From assembly GCA_037447605.1 (NCBI GenBank), contig CM074822.1:643492-707491 (forward strand): DNA of 64,000 nucleotides, in the 5' to 3' direction. Below, in pieces: positions 1 to 14,478 of the stretch (position 1 is the first letter of the stretch; every line of letters begins with the position of its first letter). The position numbers and the translations under genes are program-made. Origin of the DNA: Zygnema circumcarinatum SAG 698-1b (lineage: Eukaryota; Plantae; Zygnematophyceae). The notes beneath the pieces were generated by a model, which was given only the letters and a program-made list of their open reading frames with translations, ran no database searches and was not told where the DNA came from.

Positions 1-1
1 C

Positions 2-708
2 GAGTCTGATTTTTCAGTAATTGGATGGGAGAAAGACGAGTTTCGAAAGAGGTTGACAGACTTTTCATTGGAAGGCATTCTTCACTGCAAACAGTTTGAT
101 AGTTTGACCGCTCTTTGAGGGTCTCTTTGAGTAGTTTATCACTTTTATAGCTGTCTTGATCAACCTAAAACTCCTAAGGGAGTGAGACCATTTTTCATTT
201 CATTTCTAATTTTAGTTCCTATTTCAGTTTCTCTTTTGTGACTACACCTAGAATTTCAAAGGTTATGATTTGGAATAGAGTTTTTGTGAGGAAATTTCAA
301 GACTATGATGGATTCTAAAGTGATACTTGGAGTAATTAATGATGGATGGAAAAAGAAATAGAGAGCTTAGGATTGGATCTACAAAGTTTCAGTGCAATTG
401 GGTTTTTGAATAAGCAACTGTATGTTGTGATTGCCAAATGCACAGTTGTTCTAATTGATTGGTAAAATTTATCAATCTATAAGAGTCGAAGAGGTTGCAC
501 CAGTTTCTAAAGCCGTGTTGTTATACCAACAAGTAAAGTTCATATACATCATTGTTATCGTGGTTGCAAATGCAATTCATTTCCTTTTTGTTTTTAACCA
601 AAAAAATGCTTTTTTGGGGCTTGTGTGGTATTTAAGTTGAAATCACGTAAACTAATCTCAAAATCTTACATAAATAAGCTATTTACGATATTTAGGGGAT
701 CTCCCCTA
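2..708 (+). mobile_element. 3' end of a probable DNA transposon: C-terminal transposase-like fragment (2-118) followed by an AT-rich tail ending in a self-complementary terminus (693-708)
   Basis: 2..118 reads ESDFSVIGWEKDEFRKRLTDFSLEGILHCKQFDSLTAL*. ESDFS resembles the E-R-x-F-S motif of hAT C-terminal dimerisation regions (recalled similarity). TAGGGGATCTCCCCTA at 693-708 looks like a TIR. The left end lies outside the window, so no TSD test is possible. Confidence 0.4.
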
Positions 709-785
709 TTTGAAGAGGCCTGCATACGACCCATTTTTGCAAAAATGCATAATTTCAGAAATTCAATGGATGCCAACCATTGGAT

Positions 786-940
786 CACTGGTTCCGAACC
801 AGTCGAATGGTTGTTTCAGTCCTGCGCCACTGGTTCGCAACCAGTCGAATGGTTGTTTCGATCCGGCGGCACTGGTTGGCAACCAGTCGAATGGTTGTTT
901 CGGGTCGCAACCACTGGTTGCCAACCAGTCGACTGGTTTG
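786..940 (+). repeat. 42-bp tandem repeat, about 4 copies, inside a degenerate copy of the CCAACCATTGG MITE family
   Basis: CACTGGTTnnnAACCAGTCGAATGGTTGTTTC+~10 variable nt starts at 786, 828, 870 and 912. Each unit has an internal palindrome CTGGTT-nnn-AACCAG. TIR-like ATGGTCCGATCTG follows at ~945-957. Confidence 0.85.
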
Positions 941-1034
941 TCTAATGGTCCGATCTGTGAATATCTTCAACCGCCAAACACCGGCCGTACACTCCGTACG
1001 CGACAAGGCAGTCGCCGCCGCCAAGCATTCGACC

Positions 1035-1463
1035 TAGGGTTGGGGGCACGGTCCCCCTCCGACCCGTGCCCAGGGGCGCGTGCCCCCCCCCCCCCCTTGG
1101 GGGGGGGGCATGCCCCTTTTTCGTGCCCCGTGACGTGACTGCATTGAGCAATTCAAATCGGACCAAAAAAGAATATAATATTTTTAAAAACGGTACGGAT
1201 GAAGGTACGGAAAGTACAGATGAACGTACTAAACGTACGGATAAAGGTACAAATGTACGGGAAAACACTGAACGCTGAACGCGGTCTTCAATCGTCACCG
1301 GCCCGGGCCCTGTCGTACGAGGTAAGCGTCACGTGACAGGGGGCACGGGGGGGCACGAAATATATGGGGAAAATTTTTGGAGGCGTGCCCCGGGCACGGA
1401 CGGTCAAAAATGGGGGGCATGCCCCCCCCCGGGCATGCCCGTGCCCCCGTGCCCCCAACCCTA
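1035..1463. mobile_element. hAT-family MITE, 429 bp, intact ends
   Basis: Perfect 17-bp TIR TAGGGTTGGGGGCACGG (1035-1051 / 1447-1463) and perfect 8-bp TSD ATTCGACC (1027-1034 / 1464-1471). GTGCCC/GGGCAC subterminal repeats. Confidence 0.92.
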
Positions 1464-1502
1464 ATTCGACCGACTCTATCTGCACGGCTCCGTCAGCGGG
1501 AC

Positions 1503-2790
1503 GGAGAGGGAGGGAGAGGGAGGGAGAGGGAGGGAGAGGGAGAGGGAGAGGGAGAGGGAGAGGGAGAGGGAGGGAGAGGGAGGGAGAGGGAGAGGGAGGA
1601 GGGAGGAGGGGAGGAAGGGAGGGAGAGGGAGGGAGAGGGAGAGGGAGGGAGGAGGGGAGGAGGGAGAGGAGGAGGAGGGAGGAGGAGGAAGGAGGGAGAG
1701 GGAGGAGGGAGGAGGAGGAGGGGAGGAGGGAGGAAGGGAGGGAGAGGGAGGAGGGAGGAGGGAGGAGGGAGGGAGAGGGAGGAGAGGGAGGGAGAGGGAG
1801 GGAGAGGGAGAGGAGGGGAGGAGGGAGGAGGGAGAGGAGGGAGAGGAGGAGGGAGGAGGAGGGAGGGAGGGAGGAGGGAGGAGGGAGGAAGGGAGGGAGA
1901 GAGGGAGGAGGGAGGAGGGAGGAGGGAGGAGGGAGGAGGGGGAGGAAGGGAGGGAGAGGGAGGGAGGGAGGAGGGAGGGAGGAGGAGGGAGGAGGGAGGA
2001 AGGGAGGGGAGGAGGGAGGAGGGAGGAAGGGAGGAGAGGGAGAGGAGGAGGAGGGAGGGAGGAGGAGGGAGGGAGGGAGGAAGGGAGAGGGAGAGGGAGA
2101 GGGAGGGAGGGAGAGGGAGGGAGGGAGGGAGGGAGGGAGGGAGGGAGGGAGGGAGGGAGGAGGGAGGAGGGAGGGAGGAAGGGAGGGAGGGAGGAGGGAG
2201 GAGGGAGGGAGGAGGGAAGGAAGGGAGGGAGAGGGAGGGAGGAGGGAGGAGGGAGGGAGAGGGAGGGAGAGGGAGGGAGAGGGAGAGAGGGAGGAAGGGA
2301 GGGGAGGAGGGAGGGAGAGAGGGAGGAGGGAGGAGGGAGGAGGGAGGGAGGGAGGAGGGAGGAGGGAGGAGGGAGGAAGGGAGGGAGGGAGGAGGGAGGA
2401 GGGAGGAGGGAGGGAGGGAGGAGGGAGGAAGGGAGGGAGGGAGGAGGGAGGAGGGAGGAGGGAGGAGGGAGGAGGGAGGAAGGGAGGGGAGGAGGGAGGA
2501 GGGAGGAAGGGAGGGAGGGAGGAGGAGGGGGGGAGGGAGGGAGGGGGGGAAGGAGGAAGGGGAAGGAGGAAGGGGGGGAAGGGAGGGAAGGGGGAAGGGA
2601 GGGAGAGGGAGGGAGGGAGGAGGGAGGGGGAGGGAGGGAGGGGGGGAAGGGAGGGGAGGAGGAGGGAGGAGGGAGGGAGGGGGGGTGAGGGAGGGGGGGT
2701 GAGGGAGGGGGGGTGAGGGAGGGGGGGGGTGGAAGGGAGGGGAAGGAGGGGGGAGGGAGGGGAGGTGGACGGAGGGAGGGAGGGAGGGGA
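1503..2790 (+). repeat. ~1.3-kb almost pure polypurine (GGA/GAGG/GAGGGA) low-complexity tract
   Basis: Nearly only G and A on the + strand. It generates the spurious 441-488 aa ORFs in the track. Confidence 0.95.
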
Positions 2791-2888
2791 GAGAGAGCCT
2801 CCCTCCCTCCGTCCCTCCCTCCTCTCCCCCCTGCCCTTCTCTTCTCTCGTTTCTCTCGTACTCGTTGCCTCGTGTGACTGCTGCAGTG

Positions 2889-3045
2889 CAGGGCGGACTT
2901 ACATATTCAAGTTGGGGGAGCTCAGCCCCCCACCCCACCCTCAAAATTTTAAAATTCATTTTCTTTCTTTATTTTATTTTTATGTATGTATTTTATGCTG
3001 GGAAGGGACTCAGCTCCCTCCCTCTGCAAAAATCCTGGATCTGAG
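2889..3045. mobile_element. Degenerate hAT-like MITE remnant
   Basis: The left end CAGGGCGGAC...GGGGGAGCTCAGCCCCCC and right AAAATCCTGGATC resemble plant CAGGGGCGGA...CCTGGATCCGCCCCTG MITEs. The right TIR is incomplete and no TSD was found. Confidence 0.3.
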
Positions 3046-3414
3046 CGGTAGATCCCACTGCTTGTGTTGTGCTTTGCTGACAGAAGCACACAAAAGGGAG
3101 GGAGGGAGGGAGGGAGGGAGGGACCAATGCTTACAGCAGCGGCGCTCATACTAATGGGCGTGCTTGTCGGCGAGTGACAGAGACGACTCCCACTAAGAAA
3201 AAAAAAACAAAAAATTTAAAACACTAACACTAGAAACACTATGTTCTGCGCAGAAGTTGAGTACATTTTCATATCTGTTTATTTGGTTATTTATTTGGTT
3301 TTGAAGGGCATTGTGAGAAGTTTTTGTGTCACTGTGAAGATGAGAACTGTGAGATTCATGGGTGAACGATGTATCATAAAGACAGGAGGAAGAAAACGCA
3401 CCTAAGAAGTAAGT

Positions 3415-3492
3415 GGAAAACCCAAAAAACCCTTGAACCCTAAAACCCTAAAACCCTGAAAATCCTACAAACCCTAAAACCTTAAAACTCTT
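3415..3492 (+). repeat. Short degenerate AAACCCT (telo-box/telomere-like) cluster
   Basis: aaaacccttgaaccctaaaaccctaaaaccctgaaaatcctacaaaccctaaaacc. Confidence 0.7.
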
Positions 3493-4023
3493 CGGAACGT
3501 CAGACTTTTGTACACGTGGCGACACCATTGGTTCCCATTTCTTTAATCACATAGAGAAACCCACATTTTCAAATTAACAAAATCCAACAACGGGACTGAC
3601 TGTCTCAACGCAGGGAAAGGAGCCACCGCGCCAGACAAAAAGTACGGTCGCATGAATGTACAAATGCATGCATCCGTACAGTTGTATGTCGGATTCAGCC
3701 ATGCATGCACCTGGTCGATGAACTCGAGGATGTACGGACAGGTCTTGGTGATGTTGCCGATGTCCAACGCACCCCGACGTTTCTCAACATCACCCTAGTG
3801 CATGAGCTACATACGCTACCTGCCACGTAGACTTCCTCAATATCCACGAATCAGCGCTAGCCACCACGTCTAATACGACAAACTTGGACGCGTGTCGTCT
3901 TCTTGAAACCGAAACCGACAGTCCAAAAGCGGCGCTTCGCACGTGTGAACGTGGACACCCACAAAGAGTTCTCGGTTTCACAGCTGTTTTTCTTCTCCGT
4001 TACAAACTTCGATCAAAAAATGT

Positions 4024-4254
4024 CCAATCGAAACGTGCCATGTGGACACAATGTATACGTGGCGAATTGTTATTGGATGGTACCCGTCTTTCCCGGGCGT
4101 TGAAAGCGGCCGACAGAAGCGGCGGCGGCCTGGTTCGAACCGGGGACTGTGGCCCTTCTTGATGATCCGCCCAATAGAAATTTGCCACGTGGACATATGC
4201 TCAATGGGAATGAGCCATGTGGACTTGTGTGTACACGTGGCGCCTCACCATTGG
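4024..4254. promoter_or_regulatory. Cluster of CCAAT-N9-CCACG (ERSE-type) / G-box elements upstream of the PQ-loop gene
   Basis: Perfect copies at 4058-4076 (-), 4171-4189 (+) and 4236-4254 (-). Near-copies ending in CCATG at 4024 and 4201. Confidence 0.6.
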
Positions 4255-5016
4255 TCATTGACTGTTTGCAAGAGCAGCAGGAGCTCCCCCCTCCCCTTCC
4301 CTGCAACTGCAGTTGCAGAAGGCGGCTAGCTGCAGCAGCAGGAGGAAGGAGAGGAGGAGGACCTGCAAATCCTGCAAATCCTTGGTAGAAATTTGGAGAT
4401 TTTTTTAGGGTTGGAATGCGAGTGGAGAGGGCTGGGGATGCACGCAGGCGGAGAGGGAGGGGAGCTTGCATAGAGAGGAAGCATAGCAAGGCTTTTTTTT
4501 TTGTTTGACCTGCAACAGGTGATGCTGCTTGCAGGAGAGGGAGGATTTTCCTGCAGAAAAATCGAATAAGAAGTCTCTTGAGTCATTGAGAAGGCCGAAG
4601 GAAAATTTTCAAGGGATGCAAGTCATCTGCTTCCTACATCGGGAACCGTAGAGGCTAGCGTAGAAGCAGGGCGCGGACTCCTCTCTCTTTCTCTCTCTCT
4701 CCCTCTCCTTCTCCCTCTCCCTCTTCCTCTCTCTCTCTCCCTCCCCACTCCCTTTTCCCCTGTCGCTTTCTCTCTCTGTGACTCTCACACACACACTCAT
4801 TCTCTCGCTCTCTCCCTCTTCCTCTCCACTCCCTCTCTCTCTCTCTCTCTTTCTCTCTGACTTTCACACACACACTCGTTCTCTCGCTCTCGCCCTCTTC
4901 CTCTCCCTTTCGCCCTCTTCCTCTCCACTCCCTCTCCCTCTGTCTCCGTCTGTCTCTCTCTCTATAGTGTTTCCCTTACTGGAAGAAGCAAGCAGGGGGA
5001 GAGAAGGCGAGGTGGG

Positions 5017-9248
<4,232 letters not shown>

Positions 9249-11054
9249 ATTGTTTTGCTCACCCTCTTTCTGGTGTGTTCCTCTGCCCCATGAGTCTGAA
9301 AAGAGAAATAAGGTAGTCAATTTCTTTAAGTCAGATTCAATATGCACGTGAAACTTCTTGAATGAGTTTTCTCATTGAATTTTTCGTGTTATTGTTTCCC
9401 TTTAAGAGTGAGATTTCATGAAGAAGAGAGGAGGTCCTGACTTGGAATCGACACCATGCAGTCATATGGAACGAAAGGGATGCCTACGATGGCGGAGTGT
9501 AATCGAGAGACGGAGACGGAGAGGGAGAGGGAGAGGGAGAGTGATTGGGAGAGGGATAGGGAGTGGGAGAGGGGGAGAGGGAGAGAGAGGGAGAGTTGAG
9601 GGAGGCGACGACGGTGAGGGAGGGGGAGAGGGAGAGAGTTGACTTGACGCGGACAGTCATCACAGGCGAACATTCGCAGCGTGCGAATACCAATTTTGTA
9701 GGCCAGCAGCTTATTGTGAGTCGTTTTCCCCTTTGTTTTTTTTTATTTTTTTGCCTTTTTGCCTCCTGTAGAATGGCGTGGGTAAATGTTGACTAGCAAG
9801 ATATGGAGGGCCTTAGTGTACGGAATTCCTTTTTTTTGTTTTTTTTTTGTATAGAAGTAAACTCTCTTGAATTTGGAAGGAACAAAAACTGAAGAATTCC
9901 CTGCTCGGAATTGCGAGCTGGAGACAAATGTTACAGGCGAAAAATATTCAATGAGTTCGTTGATACCTTTTTTTCCATTTTTTTTTTTGTTATTTTACAT
10001 ACAATCGGTCGGTCGACTTCAGTCATGCTAAGGAGGTCAGAATGAAGCTCGTCTTGCTCTCTGTTCTCTTTTGGAGCTGCAAATTTATTTATTTTTTTCA
10101 TAGTAACTGTAAAAAGCGTGATGTTACCCTTCATCCTTATTTGTTGCAATGGATATGTCGGGCAGCTAATTCTATTAAGTTTTCATACATTTCTAAAACC
10201 CTTAAAAACCCACCTCCAAAAAGGACCGAAAGGAAAACTGAAATGCGTATTTTTTTTCTCACTGAAGGTCCAAGGCATTATTAACAGTTCCGGTTCGGGC
10301 TTCAAATGCGCGAAAAAAAAAAGAGAAGAAGAAGAAGATTGGACCCCTTTACCTCGATCGAGTCAGGTTGAGTTCGCCTCTCTCTTTCTTTCTTTCAACT
10401 TTACTCTGTCCAATGAGCTAAAGGGTTCAGGGCACAATCTTAGGGGTGCGTTTTCATAGTTCAACTTCGTTCATTTAGTTGAATGAAAAAGTTGGAAACC
10501 GCGGCACAGAGTTCGCAAACCTCCAAAACTAAGTTTTTTGCATTCAACAACAGCGTTCAACAGGTTGAGTAAAAACCGTTCGCAGGTGCGAGCAAAGAAA
10601 TGTCATTGAACTCACGATGGCGAGGCCATCAAATGTATATGGACAAAAGCATGATGTGGAACCACGAGGGACTGGTGACTGGTCGCAAAGGACCTAAGCA
10701 CAATAGTACGAAGCTTAAAGCGGAAAACTACGCCTAGGCACAACAACTCAGCCCCTAGAAGCAGCCGGACAGCTTCCGTCAAATAGTTTTCGAGCATTCG
10801 CGCAAACGAGCATTTCGGAACCACGACTTCCGGAGTGTTGGTTTTTTCCAGCTCAGCCTTGAAACCCGATCGCCAGCTCAGCCCTAAACCCTAATCGCGC
10901 GGGACTGCACGAAAGCTCGACAGCGTGGCGAGGGGCCAGCGCGGTGTGCCACTTGTCGCTATTTCGTTGGTTTATTAGATCTCGCCCGTTTACCCCATTG
11001 TTTTATTCGGGCACGAAAGCGAAACCCGAATTATTTAGCGTCCGCGTCGCCATT

Positions 11055-11380
11055 GGAAGGGCAAGGGCGGGGCAAGGGCGAGGCAAGGGGAGGGAGGGGC
11101 AAGGGGAGGGCAAGGGGAGGGCAAGGGGAGGGCAAGGGAAGGGCGAGGGGAAGGCAAGGGCAGGGCAAGGGGAGGGCAAGGGGAGGGCAAGGGGAGGGCA
11201 AGGTAAGGGCAAGGGCAGGGCAAGGGGAGGGCAAGGGGAGGGCAAGGTAAGGGCGAGGGGAAGGCAAGGGCAGGGCAAGGGGAGGGCAAGGGGAGGGCAA
11301 GGGGAGGGCAAGGTAAGGGCGAGGGGAAGGCAAGGTAAGGGCAAGAGCAGGGCAAGGGCATGGCAAGGCAGGGCAAGGGC
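11055..11380 (+). repeat. G-rich 11-bp satellite (GGGCAAGGGGA)n, module copy 1
   Basis: The tandem unit is visible directly, and the 11-aa periodicity (ARGGQGEGKGR) in the ORF track equals 3 x 11 bp. Confidence 0.9.
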
Positions 11381-11433
11381 TTGCGCTTCTGTTGTGTGTA
11401 TGACTGTATGTTATTCCTCCCTTTTCCCATTAA

Positions 11434-11503
11434 GTCGAAGTGGCGGATTGGTTCACAACTGTTACAAAACAGTAATAAAGGGGTTCAAATCCCCTCTTCG
11501 ACT
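11434..11503 (+). tRNA. tRNA-like element (Cys-like loop, ACA), probably non-canonical or pseudo-tRNA, copy 1
   Basis: Acceptor GTCGAAG/CTTCGAC (extends to 9 bp). A-box-like TGGCGGATTGG. Stem ACTGT/ACAGT around TACAAA. T-arm AGGGG-TTCAAAT-CCCCT. T-run ~12 nt downstream. The D stem pairs poorly and the anticodon loop is not 7 nt. Confidence 0.4.
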
Positions 11504-11588
11504 TGTAGTGTTTATTTTTTTTTCTATATTTTTTTATTTAAAGTTTTTGTGTTTTTGCTTCATATGCAAAATATTTGTTGGTATTTTT

Positions 11589-12404
11589 GCAATGGAAAGT
11601 TTTCTGCAAGTCAAGGTTTTCTTCAATTCAAGGTTTTCTTCAATGCAAGGTTTTCTTCAATGCAAGGTTTTCTTCAATGCAAGGTTTTCTGCAAGGCAAG
11701 GTTTTCTTCAATGCAAGGTTTTCTTCAATGCAAGGTTTGCTTCAATGAAAGGTTTTTTGCAATGCAAGGTTTTTTGCAATGCAAGGTTTTTTGCAATGCA
11801 AGGTTTTCTTCAATGCAAGGTTTTCTTCAATGCCAGGTTTTTTGCAAGTCAAGGTTTTCTTCAATGCAAGGCAAGGTTTTCTTCAATGCAATGCAAGGTT
11901 TTCTTCAATGCAAGGTTTTCTTCAATGCAAGGTTTGCTGCATTGAAAGGTTTTCTGCAATGCAAGGTTTTCTTCAATGCAAGGTTTTCTTCAATGCAAGG
12001 TTTTCTTCAATGCAAGGTTTTCTTCAATGCAAGGTTTTCTGCAATGCAAGGTTTTCTGCAATGCAAGGTTTTCTGCAATGCAAGGTTTTCTGCAATGCAA
12101 GGTTTTCTGCAATGCAAGGTTTTCTGCAATGCAAGGTTTTCTTCAATGCAAGGTTTTCTTCAATGCAAGGTTTGCTGCATTGAAAGGTTTTCTGCAATGC
12201 AAGGTTTTCTTCAATGCAAGGTTTTCTTCAATGCAAGGTTTTCTTCAATGCAAGGTTTTCTTCAATGCAAGGTTTTCTGCAAGGCAAGGTTTTCTTCAAT
12301 GCAAGGTTTTCTTCAATGCAAGGTTTGCTGCATTGAAAGGTTTTCTGCAATGCAAGGTTTTCTTCAATGCAAGGTTTGCTGCAATGAATGGTTTTCTGGA
12401 ATGC
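11589..12404 (+). repeat. 17-bp satellite (TGCAAGGTTTTCTTCAA)n, ~48 units, module copy 1
   Basis: Direct tandem unit. The 17-aa periodicity MQGFLQCKVFFNARFSS in all frames equals 3 x 17 bp. Confidence 0.95.
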
Positions 12405-13127
12405 CAAGCCAAGCCACGTCACGTTTCCAACCCATGGCCTGAAATGTTTTCGGCTTTCAGTGTCTGCGATTGGGCGAGGGTCGGCCGGGCAGCTGGAATT
12501 GTTTGTGGTCAACCGTCGACGCGATTGCGACCAGGTAATCAGCCCACTTACGGCGCATCCCGTCACGTCGCGGGCACCGTACGGTAGCTTTCCCCCACGC
12601 CGGTGGCGCCACCTACCTTTCCGTACAGTCGTAACCACAGGGAAGATGAGGAAGGCGCACGGCCCGTCTGTTTGGACCACACCTTTCTTCTCGGGCAGCT
12701 CGTGGCTAAACTTGAGCTGCCCGTCCGACGCTCGCCCAATCGCGGACGCTTGCGTCGCACATACGGCAGCCAAAACCATTTCGGGGCTGCCCGGGGCCCT
12801 CCCCAAGGCCTCGCCTCCCGGCCCGGCATGACCGTTCGACTCATTCCTCCCTCCCTCCCTCACCGAGAGCGGGTGCTCTCTCTCTCTTCTCTCTCTCTCT
12901 TCCTCTCTCTCTCCTTCTGCTCATCCATGGCTGTGCAAGGTGTTGCCAAGGCTGCAGCTGCTTTCTGCGCCTTATCGCTGCAGCTGATGCAGCTGCTCGC
13001 AACGGCGTTGAGCGGCGGGTCGAAGGCCGCCCGCCCGCAGCCCGCAGCTCGTCTCCTGGTAGGCGCTGGCTGTCAATGCTTTCAAGCTTTTTTTATTTAG
13101 GGTTATTAGCGTCAAAAAGTGTAACAA

Positions 13128-14270
13128 GGGAGGGGAGAGGAGGGCAAGAGCAGGGCAAGGGCATGGCAAGGCAGGGCAAGGGCAGGGCAAGGGAGGGCAG
13201 GGAAAGGGAAGGCAGGGCACGAGAGGGCAGGGCAAGGGAAGTCAGCGCAAGGGAAGGCAAGGGGAGGACAAGGGAGGGCAGGGAAAGGGAGGGCAGGGAA
13301 AGGGAGGGCAGGGAAAGGGAGGGCAGGGCAAGAGGGGGCAGGGCAAGGGAAGTCAGCGCAAGGGAAGGCAAGGGGAGGGCAAGGAGAGGGCAAGGTAAGC
13401 AAGAGCAGGGCAAGGGCATTGCAAGGGCGGGCAGCGCAAGGGAGGGCAGGGAAAGGGAGGGCAGCGCAAGGGAAGGCAAGGGGAGGGCAATGGAAGGGCA
13501 AGGGCGGGGCAAGGGCAGGGAAAGGGAGGGCAGCGCAAGGGAAGGCAAGGGGAGGGCAAGGCAGGGCAAGGGCAGGGCAAGGGAGGGCAGGGAAAGGGAG
13601 GGCAGGGCAAGAGAGGGCAGGGCAAGGGAAGTCAGCGCAAGGGAAGGCAAGGGGAGGGCAAGGAGAGGGCAAGGTAAGCAAGAGCAGGGCAAGGGCATTG
13701 CAAGGGCGGGCAGCGCAAGGGAGGGCAGGGAAATGGAGGGCAGCGCAAGGGAAGGCAAGGGGAGGGCAATGGAAGGGCAAGGGCGGGGCAAGGGCAGGGC
13801 AAGGGCAAGGAAAGGCAGGGCAGCGCAAGGGAAGGCAAGGGGAGGGCAAGGCGGGGCAAGGGCAGGGCAAGGGAGGGCAGGGAAAGGGAGGGCAGGGAAG
13901 GGGAGGGCAGGGCAAGAGAGGGCAGGGCAAGGGAAGTTAGCGCAAGGGAAGGGCAAGGGCATTGCACGGGCAGGCAGCGCAAGGGAGGGCAGGGAAAGGG
14001 AGGGCAGGGAAAAGGGAGGGCAGGGAAAGGAGGGCAGGGAAAGGGAGGGCAGGGAAAGGGAGGGCAGGGCAAGAGAGGGCAGGGCAAGGGAAGTTAGCGC
14101 AAGGGAAGGGCAAGGGGAGGGCAAGAGCAGGGCAAGGGGAGGGCAAGGGAAGGGCGAGGGGAAGGAAAGGGCAGGGCAAGGGGAGGGCAAGGGGAGGGCA
14201 AGGGGAGGGCAAGGGGAGGGCAAGGTAAGGGCAAGAGCAGGGCAAGGGCATGGCAAGGCAGGGCAAGGGC
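13128..14270 (+). repeat. G-rich GGGCAAG-based satellite with higher-order sub-blocks, module copy 2
   Basis: Same unit as 11055-11380, about 3.5 times longer. Its 3' end matches copy 1 at offset 2890. Confidence 0.9.
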
Positions 14271-14323
14271 TTGCGCTTCTGTTGTGTGTATGACTGTATG
14301 TTATTCCTCCCTTTTCCCATTAA

Positions 14324-14393
14324 GTCGAAGTGGCGGATTGGTTCACAACTGTTGCAAAACAGTAATAAAGGGGTTCAAATCCCCTCTTCGACT
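14324..14393 (+). tRNA. tRNA-like element (Cys-like loop, GCA), copy 2
   Basis: Identical to 11434-11503 except A>G in the loop (TGCAAA). Confidence 0.4.
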
Positions 14394-14478
14394 TGTAGTG
14401 TTTATTCATTCTTCTATTTTTTTTTATTTAAAGTTTTTTTGTTTTTGCTTCATATGCCAAATATTTGTTGGTAGTTTT

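Noticed and set aside
786-940. CRISPR-like array (palindromic ~32-bp repeat with variable gaps)
   Set aside because: The variable parts are only ~10 bp, there are no cas genes, the context is eukaryotic, and the motif belongs to a MITE family.
1364-2959. 441-488 aa ORFs on both strands
   Set aside because: Translation of a homopurine/homopyrimidine tract; no stops are possible by composition.
4125-4150. B-box-like GGTTCGAACC as part of a tRNA
   Set aside because: No acceptor stem or A box at a suitable distance.
9418-9796. Short ORFs downstream of the PQ-loop gene
   Set aside because: GA-rich low-complexity sequence with no splice-consistent model.
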